A stretch of 64,000 bases of DNA, taken from positions 896,001 to 960,000 of the forward strand of contig CAVQMO010000001.1 in the NCBI GenBank assembly GCA_963713605.1, in the 5' to 3' direction. The translations under genes were made by a program, and so were the position numbers. This DNA comes from an uncultured Nitrososphaerales archaeon (GTDB lineage: Archaea; Thermoproteota; Nitrososphaeria; Nitrososphaerales; Nitrososphaeraceae). Below the pieces are notes generated by a model. It was not told the origin of the DNA. It saw only the letters and a list, made by a program, of their open reading frames with translations, and did not search any database. Positions 10,399 through 21,231 of this stretch are shown piece after piece (position 1 is the first letter of the stretch; each line of letters opens with the position of its first letter).

Positions 10399-10782
10399 AT
10401 GTATGAAACTATCGTCAGTCTGTTTTTTAAGAGCATTGAGCCTCTATATAAATGGCTCAGCGAGAATCTAGTGGCACATGTTATGACTTTTGGTAAGGAA
10501 TTTGGTGCCCTGGTAGTATTTGTTTCAGCTGTTGCGTTTCTATTGATTACGGTTTACTTTATTATGAAACAGGCAAAAAGGTTACCCAAGCGTTACGTGC
10601 TTGAGACGTTTGATCATGATGGAAAGAAAGTTGTGATCCCGGATTTGAGAATTGTGTTTAGTACGTACCAAGTTGCTGCGAGTTACGCCGAATTCTATAC
10701 AAAGATGTATGAATACAAGTATAAGTTTAGGTTGCTTGGAATAAGAGACAGCATTTCAGTTCTTGGACGTCTAAATAAATAG
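10399..10782 (+). CDS. Hypothetical single-TM protein
   Basis: 127-aa ORF with one hydrophobic helix (FGALVVFVSAVAFLLITVYFIM). Confidence 0.65.
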   Translation: MYETIVSLFFKSIEPLYKWLSENLVAHVMTFGKEFGALVVFVSAVAFLLITVYFIMKQAKRLPKRYVLETFDHDGKKVVIPDLRIVFSTYQVAASYAEFYTKMYEYKYKFRLLGIRDSISVLGRLNK

Positions 10783-11180
10783 CTAGTTTCATTCTATTGA
10801 CGTGCCGAAAAATGACCGTGACTCTCAAACACCGGATCTAGTGAAAATCGGCTTCCTGATGAGAGCATTTAGAGGCCGACGTGATTAGTGTTTCATAATG
10901 GTACAAGAGTGGAAATATTTACCTAGTTATTCACCACATTTTGAAACAATTCAGAATAGTTCAGAAATCCTTTGGAATGGGCGAGATAGGAGATTCATAA
11001 AGACTATACTAGTTGTGGCTGGTTTGATACGAAAAAATCTTTAGAATCATATCACTCGACCCTCTTGTCCACCAGAATCTGGAGTATCGGCATGAAATTT
11101 TTCACGAATCTAAATTAAATTAAAAAAGTTAATATCTATGCCAATGAAATGGATATGCTTAGGGATCGTAATAACACTTT

Positions 11181-12906
11181 ATGAAATATCCAAAGGTCGT
11201 ACTTACTGCAGATAGAACACTTATGTCACCTTACAGAGGCATATCTTTAGCATCATTCTTTGGCTGTGCTCCAGCTATTGACGTCAATAGAGATCCATCC
11301 TCACTCTTGTACAAGATACTCGGCCAACAGATAACGCCGAGGATACTCTTTGATTTCATCTGTAACCCGATTGAGAATATTAATGGAGTGGCAAAATATG
11401 CACCATATGGTCTAAGGAAGGTTGAGTCTTCTCTCATCAGGGATGGTTACAGCAGGGATGATGTAGTTGTGGCCCACCCCGATTATGTTGAAAAATTTAT
11501 AGGGCCTGAAACTCAGGTCGTCGGTACGTACGAAATGGACCCACTTGGAATGGGTCCGGTCACGATGACCTTTACATACGGACGCAAACACATGTCCTAT
11601 GACGAATTTTATTGCAGAGATTTGCATCAGCGAATCTCCAAAGCAAAAAAAGAGAATGGAAGTAATGCAAAGGTCATAGTAGGAGCATCAGGAACATGGC
11701 AGTACAACTATGATCCTGCCAAGATTGAAGAATATGGACTCTACGCCTTAGTTGAGGGAGATCTTGGAGGCATAGGCCCGGAAATAGATGGAGCAGGTGC
11801 TAGCTTCTTTGATGCTGCGATAGCCGGGGATTTTGAAACTGCAAATCCATTCAAGAAATCCAAGTTCAAAGTTGAAATTAAAGAGTACAGATCGACCTGA
11901 GCGAAAATATCATGGCCGATTTATCCATTATTGGGATGAGCCATCCGTAGATGAAATCCCTGACATTATAAATCCTAGTATGCACGGGATGGTTGAGGTG
12001 ATGCGAGGCTGTGGGAGAGGATGCAAATTCTGCGACGTTACCCTAAGACCATTGAGATATTACCCTGTTGAAAAAGTACAAAGGGAAATTCAAGTAAACA
12101 TGAAGTACGGTGGAGCTAAAAGCGCATGGATCCATAGCGATGACATTTTTGTCTACGGTTTGAACCCTAGGACTACAAAGAATATGGAGCCAAATAGAGA
12201 AGCTCTAGAAGAGCTCTTCAATGGCATTATGGATACAGGAATTGAGCATACTAACCCTACCCACGGTACGCTTGCAGGCGCAATTGCCAATGAAAGACTC
12301 CTTCCAAATATTTCCGAGATTATAAAATCTGGTCCTGAAAATCATATTGGAATTCAATGCGGTCTTGAAACTGGTAGTACGCGGTTAATTGGAAAATATG
12401 CTGACCGAAAGTTAGCCCCGTTCAAACCAAATGAATGGCATTGGGTTGTAAAACACGGGGTCAAGACATTGAACCAGCACTACTGGGTGCCTGCATTTAC
12501 ATTGATATTGGGTCTGAATAATGACGAGACCCCTGAAGATAGCTGGGAAACTATTCAGTTAATACATGAATTAGAAACGGAACAGCCTGACTCAAAATTT
12601 ACGGTTACACCATTGACGTTTGTCCCAATCGGACTGTTAGAGAAATCTGAATTCTTTGACATTAACAATACAATGGATCCACCGAAGTTGGGAGTAATGT
12701 ACAAAACATGGCAGCATAATTTTAAATACGGTATTCAAAAATTCATGCGAAAAATTGGACGACAGGCTCCTGTGAAGAATTTGTTCTTTGCGGGTTTAGC
12801 GAGATCCTTAGGAGGTGTTCCGTTGAATGCAATGGAAAGATTTGCCAGAAGAAAAGGTCGCGAGCATGAATTAGTTATAGAAAAGATAAAGGCAAGCTAT
12901 TGGTGA
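11181..12906 (+). CDS. Radical SAM protein with B12-binding-like N-terminal region; frameshift near 11890
   Basis: APYGLRKVE motif and EVMRGCGRGCKFC (CxxxCxxC), in two overlapping ORFs. Confidence 0.88.
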
Positions 12907-13005
12907 AATTGATTCCATATACATGACCGATTCTGCGACCTAAAATTTGACGGATGTGGACATCGCTCTACTGGAGCGCCGATGTAATTCACGAGCTTAA
13001 TAGGC

Positions 13006-13476
13006 TTATTTAACTAAATTTAGGATTAATTGCCTTGCCAAGGGAGCAGGAAAATCTAGCCCCGTCGCAACATGCCGAATAATTCGTTTCTGTAGGTTTA
13101 CCCGCCTTAAGGCTCTAAGATGCGACTTCATCGTTTGCTTTGAATCTCGAGACTGCAAAGATTGGATTATTATATGAGCCAAGACCTTCGATTTTTCCTT
13201 CTCTGATTCAAAGGAGCAGAGTTCCTGTTCACAAGCTTCAAATTCTGTTCCGATTCTTTCCAATGCATTAGAAAGCAAATCTTCGAGTGTATAACCGCTA
13301 GTTGAATTGAATCCGCTGTTTTTGACTTTTGGGTCCTCCGTCAGACCGTAACGAAATTCGGGAAGGGGGAGAATAAACGCTTGGGAAGAGTGCAGATTTT
13401 CGTTATGCCGTCTTGCATTAAATTTCCTCGAGAATTCTCGTTGACAAATTGAACAGATCAGGGGAACCCTTGACAT
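13006..13476 (-). CDS. Hypothetical protein with N-terminal C2H2 zinc finger
   Basis: CSICQREFSRKFNARRHNENLH; likely start MSRVP. Confidence 0.7.
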   Translation of the reverse strand: MSRVPLICSICQREFSRKFNARRHNENLHSSQAFILPLPEFRYGLTEDPKVKNSGFNSTSGYTLEDLLSNALERIGTEFEACEQELCSFESEKEKSKVLAHIIIQSLQSRDSKQTMKSHLRALRRVNLQKRIIRHVATGLDFPAPLARQLILNLVK

Positions 13477-13669
13477 CGTCCAATTGTCGAAGGGGAGCAA
13501 ACCAATAAGGTATCTTATGAAATTCGAGTGGCTCAGAGTCACTCGCTAAATTGGTATGTATCTTTTTGAATTTGAACACATCAACGAAAAGATGAGTTGT
13601 ACAATTAATTGAATCTCAACGCAACGCGACGAGTGCTAAATTTAAATTCTCTAATACGATTCGAAATAG

Positions 13670-15232
13670 ATGTGTTACAATTACCGTAAAGATTTTGTTA
13701 GAGAGAGTGTACATGTGGTATTTAGACTACCTTTGTCTCCTTCATTCGATTTTATAAAAAACCGATTCAAGCCCAAGCCCAAACCCAAACTCAAGCCCGA
13801 GTCCTCCAATCAAGCTGACAGGTACTCAAAAGGTGAGAGAAATAATGGTCTAAACCGAAATTCTAGCACAGATGGATACGACCAGAGCGAATTGGCGTTG
13901 GAGCAAAGCGACAGCTCTGACCCTCAACGACTCGCGGAATTGTCGGGAAAAACTATTAGTATTAAGGATGCAACGAATCGGCTTCATAGGATTGAGGAGC
14001 AAAAAACAGGTGAGCTTATCCAACAGCTTTCTCCGATTAGAAACTCTGCACAGGCAAGCTTGCAGTCGATCGTAGACTTGGCGGCCGATCTCCAAAATGA
14101 AGTGATTAAAGTAGAGGATCAACGATTTGAGTCAGCAGTAGAAAATGCTCGGAGCATGGTGATTACTTCGATCCTGAAGGATGCGAATTCCAGTTTTCCC
14201 GAGATAGTATCGTACGATGATGCGATAAAGTTCCAAGGCCGATTAGAATCCCTTACAAATCGCTTTGGTCAGCTTACTGGTTCTCATAGCAAGCTTTTCA
14301 ATGTATTTCTAAAGAAGTATGCTGACAAGTTCAGATCTGAATTCGCAGACTTTACTAACCTGAACAAGAAGACATCAAAATTGATCAAAACCTATGACAT
14401 TGGTTTGGAGGACACAATTGCCTGTAGCCAGAAAATTACTGACTTATCTAACAATTTATCCTCTATGAGCTATTCCAAGGAGAGAATTGCCAACATGTCA
14501 GCAGAAGTAGGGGATTTGGAAAAGGACATTGCTCAATTAATAACGCGCCGACACGAAATAGAACAGTCTGAAGAGTACAAGAATTATGCCCTTCTTGAAT
14601 CTGAATCTAAAGAGTTGGAAAAAAGCAAAGCTGAATTCCGTGAGTATGTATCTGATTTGTTCTCTCATCTCAATCGCGCTTTCACTAAATACTCTTATGG
14701 TGTCTCGAAGAGCGTTGCTGCAAAAATTGACTTACTTTCTAGCACTCCGTGGGAAATATTTTTGAACCAGAGAGAGAATGAATCTAACAATTCCGATTCG
14801 TCAGGTCAAAATACGGAACGAAGCAAAGAGGACCGTGAAAGAATTGAAACTTTCAGAACATTGCTCATTGAAATACGGGGAGCTGTAAATAAAGGTACCG
14901 TTAGTTTAAAGGATTCAGAAAAGGTTTCGACGTATCTGGATAAGGCTATCGATATGTTTCCCAAGATTGAATCTAGAGGGTGGGAGATACAACAAAAGAA
15001 AATAAGCATTACGCAAAAACAAAATCGCAAGGCGTTTAATTCGATAAAATCTCTTGACGATTTGATCCAGCGAAACAAAACAGACATCGCAGAGAAGAAG
15101 ATTCTGATTGCAGAGACACAAACCACTTTCGAAGCAAAGAAGAAGGAAATTCAAGACTTAACTGATTCATGTAGTAACCTGCTAACTGAGATAATTGGAC
15201 AAGAGAAAATTATAATGACAACGAAGGATTGA
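13670..15232 (+). CDS. Long coiled-coil protein (no ATPase motif seen)
   Basis: 520-aa ORF rich in E/K/Q/S with heptad character; the exact start is uncertain. Confidence 0.7.
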   Translation: MCYNYRKDFVRESVHVVFRLPLSPSFDFIKNRFKPKPKPKLKPESSNQADRYSKGERNNGLNRNSSTDGYDQSELALEQSDSSDPQRLAELSGKTISIKDATNRLHRIEEQKTGELIQQLSPIRNSAQASLQSIVDLAADLQNEVIKVEDQRFESAVENARSMVITSILKDANSSFPEIVSYDDAIKFQGRLESLTNRFGQLTGSHSKLFNVFLKKYADKFRSEFADFTNLNKKTSKLIKTYDIGLEDTIACSQKITDLSNNLSSMSYSKERIANMSAEVGDLEKDIAQLITRRHEIEQSEEYKNYALLESESKELEKSKAEFREYVSDLFSHLNRAFTKYSYGVSKSVAAKIDLLSSTPWEIFLNQRENESNNSDSSGQNTERSKEDRERIETFRTLLIEIRGAVNKGTVSLKDSEKVSTYLDKAIDMFPKIESRGWEIQQKKISITQKQNRKAFNSIKSLDDLIQRNKTDIAEKKILIAETQTTFEAKKKEIQDLTDSCSNLLTEIIGQEKIIMTTKD

Positions 15233-15441
15233 GTAGAGAATGGACAAGAAATGGTCTCCCCTACCATGGCTACGTCATCTGACCGGTTTCCGTATTGACG
15301 TTCAATTTTTTGAAATTTCTGGAATTTGTGAAGCTGTCTGTAATTAATCTTGGTTATTTTTTGGTAGATTCAAGTGCCTTTGCAGCACCACTATGAGAAA
15401 GGGAAATAGGTAATGGATGCCTTTAGTCAAGCACAAATAGT

Positions 15442-16137
15442 TTGATACTTGGAAGATTATTGAAGAGGAGTTTCCATATTAAATTCAAAGATCGGACGAG
15501 TGCAGGGGAAATACTTGCAAGTATGCTAGACGATTTTTTCAAAAAGGAAAGCAAGAATGCTCCCATTACGGTATTAGCTATACCACGAGGAGGAGTTATT
15601 ATAGGCGATGCAATTGCCTCTAAATTTAGTCAGAGCGAATTTGATATCGTTATTCCTCGCAAATTGGGTGCCCCCAACAATCAAGAACTAGCAATTGGGG
15701 CAGTGATGCAGGACAGGACGGCATACCTTAATGAACGTGTAATCCAGACGCTCCAGGTTCCAACGGCTTACCTCGAAACCGAAATAGACCGACAAGTGCA
15801 AGAGATTCAACGAAGGATATCTCTTTACCGTTCCGCGTCGAAACCTTACAACATTACAGGTAGATCGGTGGTTATCGTAGATGATGGAATAGCCACAGGA
15901 GCAACCGTAAGAGTAGTAGTTGAGTGGATCAATAATCATGATCCAGCAAATGTGCTAATTGCGGTTCCGGTTGCCCCCGAGGATACAGTCACAGAACTGT
16001 CGAGAGAACGGACTAAGGTTCAGGTCATAACTACGCCATCTGCTTTTGGCTCCGTGGGCCAATTTTATGAAAATTTTGACCAGGTCACCGATGAGGAGGT
16101 AAAAGAAGTTGCCAGAAAATGGGGACTCGTTGAATAG
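15442..16137 (+). CDS. Phosphoribosyltransferase family protein
   Basis: FKDRTSAG, LAIPRGG, RKLGAP and the PRPP loop VVIVDDGIATGAT. Confidence 0.92.
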   Translation: MILGRLLKRSFHIKFKDRTSAGEILASMLDDFFKKESKNAPITVLAIPRGGVIIGDAIASKFSQSEFDIVIPRKLGAPNNQELAIGAVMQDRTAYLNERVIQTLQVPTAYLETEIDRQVQEIQRRISLYRSASKPYNITGRSVVIVDDGIATGATVRVVVEWINNHDPANVLIAVPVAPEDTVTELSRERTKVQVITTPSAFGSVGQFYENFDQVTDEEVKEVARKWGLVE

Positions 16138-16249
16138 ACCATAGTCCAAAACGACCGTGAATTAGTTCAATGCGAACAGTAACGCATCGTGAATGAATGG
16201 GCGTCAACCGTTGAATGTTCTGTTCAGTAAAATACGAGTACTACTAAAT

Positions 16250-16486
16250 CTACGTACTCTCGAGCTCTATTCTAATGACATCACGTAATTCTTTTGGCAA
16301 ATAGCGCTCGCTGTTCTTTTCAGAAAGAAACTTTTTCCAGCCCGTATTTTGGCCCTTGGTGGTCTTCCTCACCGCATCAAACTCTGCTATCAGACTGTCG
16401 TAAACCTGCCGATGAACATAGCAGTATCTCCCTGATTCCGCAGAAGGTACGGTATCTTGACACACCTGACAAGTCTTGCTCGTCAA
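16250..16486 (-). CDS. Small zinc-finger-like hypothetical protein
   Basis: CQVC...YCYVH (CxxC/CxxH). Confidence 0.6.
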   Translation of the reverse strand: MTSKTCQVCQDTVPSAESGRYCYVHRQVYDSLIAEFDAVRKTTKGQNTGWKKFLSEKNSERYLPKELRDVIRIELEST

Positions 16487-16744
16487 GTAATTAACCGTAA
16501 ATATACCAGTAAAGGAAATATATGTTCCTCCTTATTCTTGTCCATTTTTGAGGGCATAGATATTGTGGTCATAAACGTCAATGGTCATAAAAATATGAAG
16601 GTTATCATTCAACAAGCATATTTGAATTAAGGGGGAGTAATTTCTCAAGATATCAAACCTTAGCCTTGTTGCATTTCTAATTTCAACACTAGGGAATAAA
16701 ACCGACTAGAAACTATTATTAGGTTCAAAGTCCTAATACCATCG

Positions 16745-16981
16745 GTGAGTAACTTGGCAAGTAATAGTGATAAAACCTCAAAATCTGGGCAATGGGCCGA
16801 TCTCTTAGCAGAATTGTTTGACAAATTGACGGGGAAGGAGGCTGAAGTGACGTACACGTTTGATAATCTTGAAATTAATGTTCCGGAAGCGGTGGGTCCT
16901 GATGGAAAAACGCTTGGCAGCGCAAAGTGGACTGTAAACGGTAAGGTTTTGATAAAGGCAGAAGCTCACAGAACCGCATAA
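16745..16981 (+). CDS. Small hypothetical protein
   Basis: Protein-like 78-aa ORF (WADLLAELFDKLTGKEAEVTYTFDNLEINVP). Confidence 0.7.
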   Translation: MSNLASNSDKTSKSGQWADLLAELFDKLTGKEAEVTYTFDNLEINVPEAVGPDGKTLGSAKWTVNGKVLIKAEAHRTA

Positions 16982-17088
16982 GGAAAGGTACGGCCTCAGC
17001 CTAGATACCAGACCGTTATTTGAGAATCATGCCCTAACATCTGAATCCTTGGCTACTGATTGCTAGAATGACTAAACAAATGACCGAC

Positions 17089-17364
17089 TTAGTCGAAAGT
17101 AACAGATTCTCTAAATAATCGACGTAAGTTGTCTAACTCATTTGAGCTGAGTTCATCAGAAGATTTATCAACCAGATCCCGGAATTTCTTGGCTCTTTGA
17201 CTACCGATGAGTTCCTCAAGCTCCTTTTCAGATGTGCGACCCTTCCATGCTTCAAATATTTTCACTATTCTTTCCTTAGTTTCAGGACGTAGGTCTTTCA
17301 TTGCATTTTGAATTATCTTGCGACGATCCTTGGCGACGTCTCCTGAGTCAAATACTGCTCCCAA
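17089..17364 (-). CDS. Small helical hypothetical protein
   Basis: 91-aa charged ORF. Confidence 0.65.
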   Translation of the reverse strand: MGAVFDSGDVAKDRRKIIQNAMKDLRPETKERIVKIFEAWKGRTSEKELEELIGSQRAKKFRDLVDKSSDELSSNELDNLRRLFRESVTFD

Positions 17365-17569
17365 TGATACTTATTAATTTTCAAAGGAATAATAAAGTTC
17401 GCTTAACTGCTCAATATTCAATAGGAAGTAGTTACTGAGAATTCCTATCTATTAGTCTACTCATGGATAAGATGCGTGCTTTCAAATAAAATAACATCAG
17501 AACAAAAATTTGTTCACTAGCCTGCTAAGATAAGTCGATGAAATTAAGAATCGTGAATTATTTAACCAG

Positions 17570-17725
17570 CTATCTCCAGAAGACTGAAATGACTCCTAAT
17601 CCCATTATTGCGAGTCCTCCAGCTACTAATGACAATATTCCCAGACCGCCGCCGATTCCCGCAACTGCTATGCCACCGATAATAGTGAGCGCTTCCCCGA
17701 CGCGCCTAGGATTTTTCAGTTTCAT
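17570..17725 (-). CDS. 51-aa glycine-rich membrane peptide (not in ORF track)
   Basis: MKLKNPRRVGEALTIIGGIAVAGIGGGLGILSLVAGGLAIMGLGVISVFWR; a TTTATAA TATA-like element lies about 35 nt upstream on the minus strand. Confidence 0.7.
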   Translation of the reverse strand: MKLKNPRRVGEALTIIGGIAVAGIGGGLGILSLVAGGLAIMGLGVISVFWR

Positions 17726-17956
17726 ATTCGAGATGGGGGTTGTATAATAATCGGAAGATTATAAACGTTAAACTAGAGTACACATCATGAACAAGACTAT
17801 TTGACAACGGTTCCTCCCATTTCTTGTAACTGCCCTATTATCAAAATTGATATTGATCTTGAATAATCATTTAATAGTAATATATCACGCTGTTGAGCAA
17901 TCTTTTATAAAGGGAAGAATAATACTTAATTTGGTTACGAGGTAAGAAAAGGTTCC

Positions 17957-19195
17957 ATGATCGGAGATAATGAAAGGCGCGAGAAGGTAGACGATGATTA
18001 TAAAGCAAATTCCGAGTCTCCGAACGAAAGGGACGGTGCTCAATATAATTCACGAAATCATGATAATAATGCAGAATTGCATGATGATATAATCTTTCAA
18101 GGAGTCTCCTCTGATTTCTGTGTATGTATGCTTGACATAATAAACTCGACTGCCATCACATCTTCGTTAGCTCACGAGGACAAAATTAGAAAGTTCTACT
18201 CGTTATTTGTTAATTCAGTTTCACCTGTGGTTGCGTACTTTGGTGGGAGAGTGCTAAAGACTGGAGGGGACTCGATGATCTATTATTTTCCAAAAACGGC
18301 TGAGGTGCATCGCATTGAGGGCTTTAAGAATGTGCTAGAGTGTGGGATATCACTATTGGACTTGAGAAGCACGGTTAACAGCCTCTATAAAAGAGAAGGA
18401 ATTCAGCCTATCGGGTATCGAATAAGCGCTGACTACGGCAGACTTGAATTAGCAGAGTCTAGGTTTTCAAGAGACCAGGACTTCTTTGGACCGACCATGA
18501 ACTTGTGTGCCAAGATCAATAACAAGGCACCGCCCAATTCAATGGTCATAGGAGGCGATCTGCACCAGGTAATCAAGAAACTGCATTCTCTTGAAAAGCA
18601 ATTCCAGTTTGAAGAAATATCTGAATTTTCCATAGGGCTTAAGCAGAGATATCCTATCCATTTAGTTGTACCAATGGATTTTGATCGTTCTGCGAATTAT
18701 CCAGAACTAAAGGAAGTTATACTACGCCAACACGATGTCCGAACACAAAATGAGGAGCGAGTTCGACTCTCGCATGAACTGTCGTCGCGAATTAGACCTG
18801 AAGGCAATGACACATTTCGTGGAAATATAATGCTAGTTGATGATCAGCCAGATGTGCTCTTTACATACCGATCCTTTCTTGAGAGTCAGGGATTTAAGGT
18901 CCATTCATTTACAGATCCTACTGTGGCATTGAGGCAGTTTGCGAAAGAAGACTCGTCAAAATATGACTTGGTGGTAATGGATATTCGAATGCCGCAACTC
19001 AATGGCTTACAGCTTTACCAGAGGCTTAGAGCAATCAATTCGACTGTTAGGATTCTTTTCGTAACAGCACTTGATGCCGCCGAAGAACTTATTTCATTGT
19101 TGCCCGGCGTGGCAGCAAATCAAGTGATAATGAAACCTGTGAGTAGGGATAGATTTCTTAACTATGTGGATCTCGCAGTCAGAGAAAAAGGCTAG
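17957..19195 (+). CDS. Class III nucleotide (adenylate) cyclase domain fused to a C-terminal receiver domain
   Basis: Cyclase motifs MLDIINST, LKTGGDSMIYYF, YRISADYG and DFFGPTMNLCAKI; REC motifs LVDD, VMDIRMPQLNG, FVTA and MKP. Confidence 0.88.
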   Translation: MIGDNERREKVDDDYKANSESPNERDGAQYNSRNHDNNAELHDDIIFQGVSSDFCVCMLDIINSTAITSSLAHEDKIRKFYSLFVNSVSPVVAYFGGRVLKTGGDSMIYYFPKTAEVHRIEGFKNVLECGISLLDLRSTVNSLYKREGIQPIGYRISADYGRLELAESRFSRDQDFFGPTMNLCAKINNKAPPNSMVIGGDLHQVIKKLHSLEKQFQFEEISEFSIGLKQRYPIHLVVPMDFDRSANYPELKEVILRQHDVRTQNEERVRLSHELSSRIRPEGNDTFRGNIMLVDDQPDVLFTYRSFLESQGFKVHSFTDPTVALRQFAKEDSSKYDLVVMDIRMPQLNGLQLYQRLRAINSTVRILFVTALDAAEELISLLPGVAANQVIMKPVSRDRFLNYVDLAVREKG

Positions 19196-19633
19196 AATGA
19201 GAGCATAGCATTAATCACTTACGCTGATTTGTAAGAGATAAGGCTCGAAAATCTATAGAACCGATTAACCATTATTGTCAGTGGATTTACTTCCAAACCT
19301 TTCTCTTTGTTATTTGTTCTATAATTGATATATAATACTAGGCAACTATTACTATGCAATTACTCGTGTATGAAATTCATTACTAGATGTGGGAGAGTCA
19401 AGAATGGGAGACAGTTGTTTAGCGAAGACCATCGCTGAGGTTATCTGCCACCAGCTATGGACTTTCGACCAGTCCACATATGGTAAGGGGAAAGAATCAT
19501 TGGGTGAATTTGGAGTCATTAAGCCTAATTCCTCCGTTCCTGATTTACCTAGCCTTCGTGAGCTGAACTTAATTTATGATTCACGTTTTTCCTTGAGAAC
19601 CAGGGGTGGAGGAATATCTCCTTAAAGAGAATC

Positions 19634-19985
19634 ATGCTAGTCGATGATGAGGAAGATATCGTACCTCTCAATCACTGCCAGCCTTGAACGTAACGGCTTC
19701 AAAGTAGATGGGTTTACTGACCCAAGGTTAGCCCTTGAACACTTCCTAAAGGGAAAATATGTAATGGTCATTGTTGACATTCGTATGCCCGAAATAGATG
19801 GCTTTGAATTGTACGAGAAGCTAGAGGAAATTGATAAAGACGTGAAGGTTTGCTTCATTACTGGCTTTGAGTTCAACTACCTTGCCCTGAGAGAAATATA
19901 TCCCGCTCTTAACTTCGGCTCTTTCATAAGAAAGCCGGTTGAAACTGATGAATTGGTCAACAAGATAAAACTGGAGTTAGGCTGA
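19634..19985 (+). CDS. Stand-alone response regulator receiver protein; frameshift near the N-terminus
   Basis: MLVDDEEDI in an adjacent frame, then IVDIRMPEIDGFEL, CFITG and FIRKP. Confidence 0.88.
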
Positions 19986-20079
19986 TAATAATGTGAATTG
20001 ACCAATTGAGTGAGTATCTCTAGGCTGTTTGACTTTGCAAACTGAAGACGTATTTAATCCCATTCTGGCTATTAGTATG

Positions 20080-20994
20080 TCACATCTGTTCTGCAGTCTT
20101 GCTCAACGATTCAGTCAAATTCTCTATCTTCTTAGCAAATGGATGAGCAGGATACCTTAAAGCAGTCAAGAATTCCTTTCGAAGGAACTGTATATCACAA
20201 TAGCATGGAATTGAGGACATTATCTTCATTCTAACTTCCCTTGCAAGCAATTCGTCGGTATCCTCGGGTGTTTCAATTATGAAAGCCGAAGGTACTGATC
20301 TGTTACTGGTGCTCATTTCAGGCCTTACAACCAACGGATTTGGGGCACAATATCCAGATACCCTATTTAGTAACAGGAATGACTTGGTCCCAAATTTAGT
20401 GAACGAGCTGTATATTTCTTCGGCCATTTTCTTTGTTCCTTCAATATCAAGGTCTCCGGCTTTAAGGGTTAGAAACAAAATGTCCGCTACAGCTAAGGCA
20501 TTGATAGACCAATATCTTATTCCGGGGCTTGTATCAATGACAATATAGTCTGCATCATAATTTGTTATTAACTGTTCTCTCAACAGGATAAATCTCCTCA
20601 AGAACTGCTTACGAGTGCTATCTGCACCTCCTTCGAGCTTGTAAATTTCCTCCTTCTTTGCATTGCTAAATCCAATCCAGAGCTTGCCTTTCACACTATC
20701 TTTGGTGCCTCGAAGGGAAGAAGACTGCATCTCCTTGCTTTCCATATCGATTTCCGAAACTTTGGGGGTAAGATCTTGCATTACCTCTTCGATATCAGCC
20801 TCTGAGTAAAGATAGTTGTTTATCCATTTTTTAGGTTCAATCATAAAGTACGACTGAAGACTTGGAGCATAAACATCTAAGTCTAGCAAACACACTCTGA
20901 AGCCCGACTTTGCCAACATAGCAGCAAAATTCCCAGCCAGAGTGGTCTTACCGGTGCCACCCTTATACGAGTGAAATGCTATACACTTTGTCAT
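20080..20994 (-). CDS. MinD/ParA-family ATPase
   Basis: Deviant Walker A HSYKGGTGKTT, LLDLD and IVIDTSPG. Confidence 0.9.
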   Translation of the reverse strand: MTKCIAFHSYKGGTGKTTLAGNFAAMLAKSGFRVCLLDLDVYAPSLQSYFMIEPKKWINNYLYSEADIEEVMQDLTPKVSEIDMESKEMQSSSLRGTKDSVKGKLWIGFSNAKKEEIYKLEGGADSTRKQFLRRFILLREQLITNYDADYIVIDTSPGIRYWSINALAVADILFLTLKAGDLDIEGTKKMAEEIYSSFTKFGTKSFLLLNRVSGYCAPNPLVVRPEMSTSNRSVPSAFIIETPEDTDELLAREVRMKIMSSIPCYCDIQFLRKEFLTALRYPAHPFAKKIENLTESLSKTAEQM

Positions 20995-21187
20995 ACGCTA
21001 AGCACTGTTCGGTATTAGTCTGTCAGTTGCTCCTATAAAGAACTTTCCAACATTTTTGAACTTGTGAAATTGTAACATTTGGCTAAAAAAATCCGATGTC
21101 ACAAGCGTCCTCACAATAGAAATCATCTGAGATGCGCCAATCTTAGGCGCACTTGCCCAGGAGACTATAGGTGCACTTTGAGGATAT

Positions 21188-21229
21188 AATGGGATTAGAA
21201 AATAAAAAAATGGGATTAGAAAATGAAAA
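21188..21229. repeat. Tandem 21-nt duplication, forming U-tracts on the minus strand just after the DPS-like stop (probable terminator)
   Basis: AATGGGATTAGAAAAT occurs at 21188 and 21209. Confidence 0.75.
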
Positions 21230-21231
21230 AA

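Noticed and set aside
10843..10879. CTGATGA and GAAA near a hairpin (TCGGCTTC/GAGGCCGA) suggested a hammerhead ribozyme or C/D sRNA
   Set aside because: Only 9 nt separate GAAA and CTGATGA, stems I-III cannot form, and no properly spaced D box was found. It is just a hairpin.
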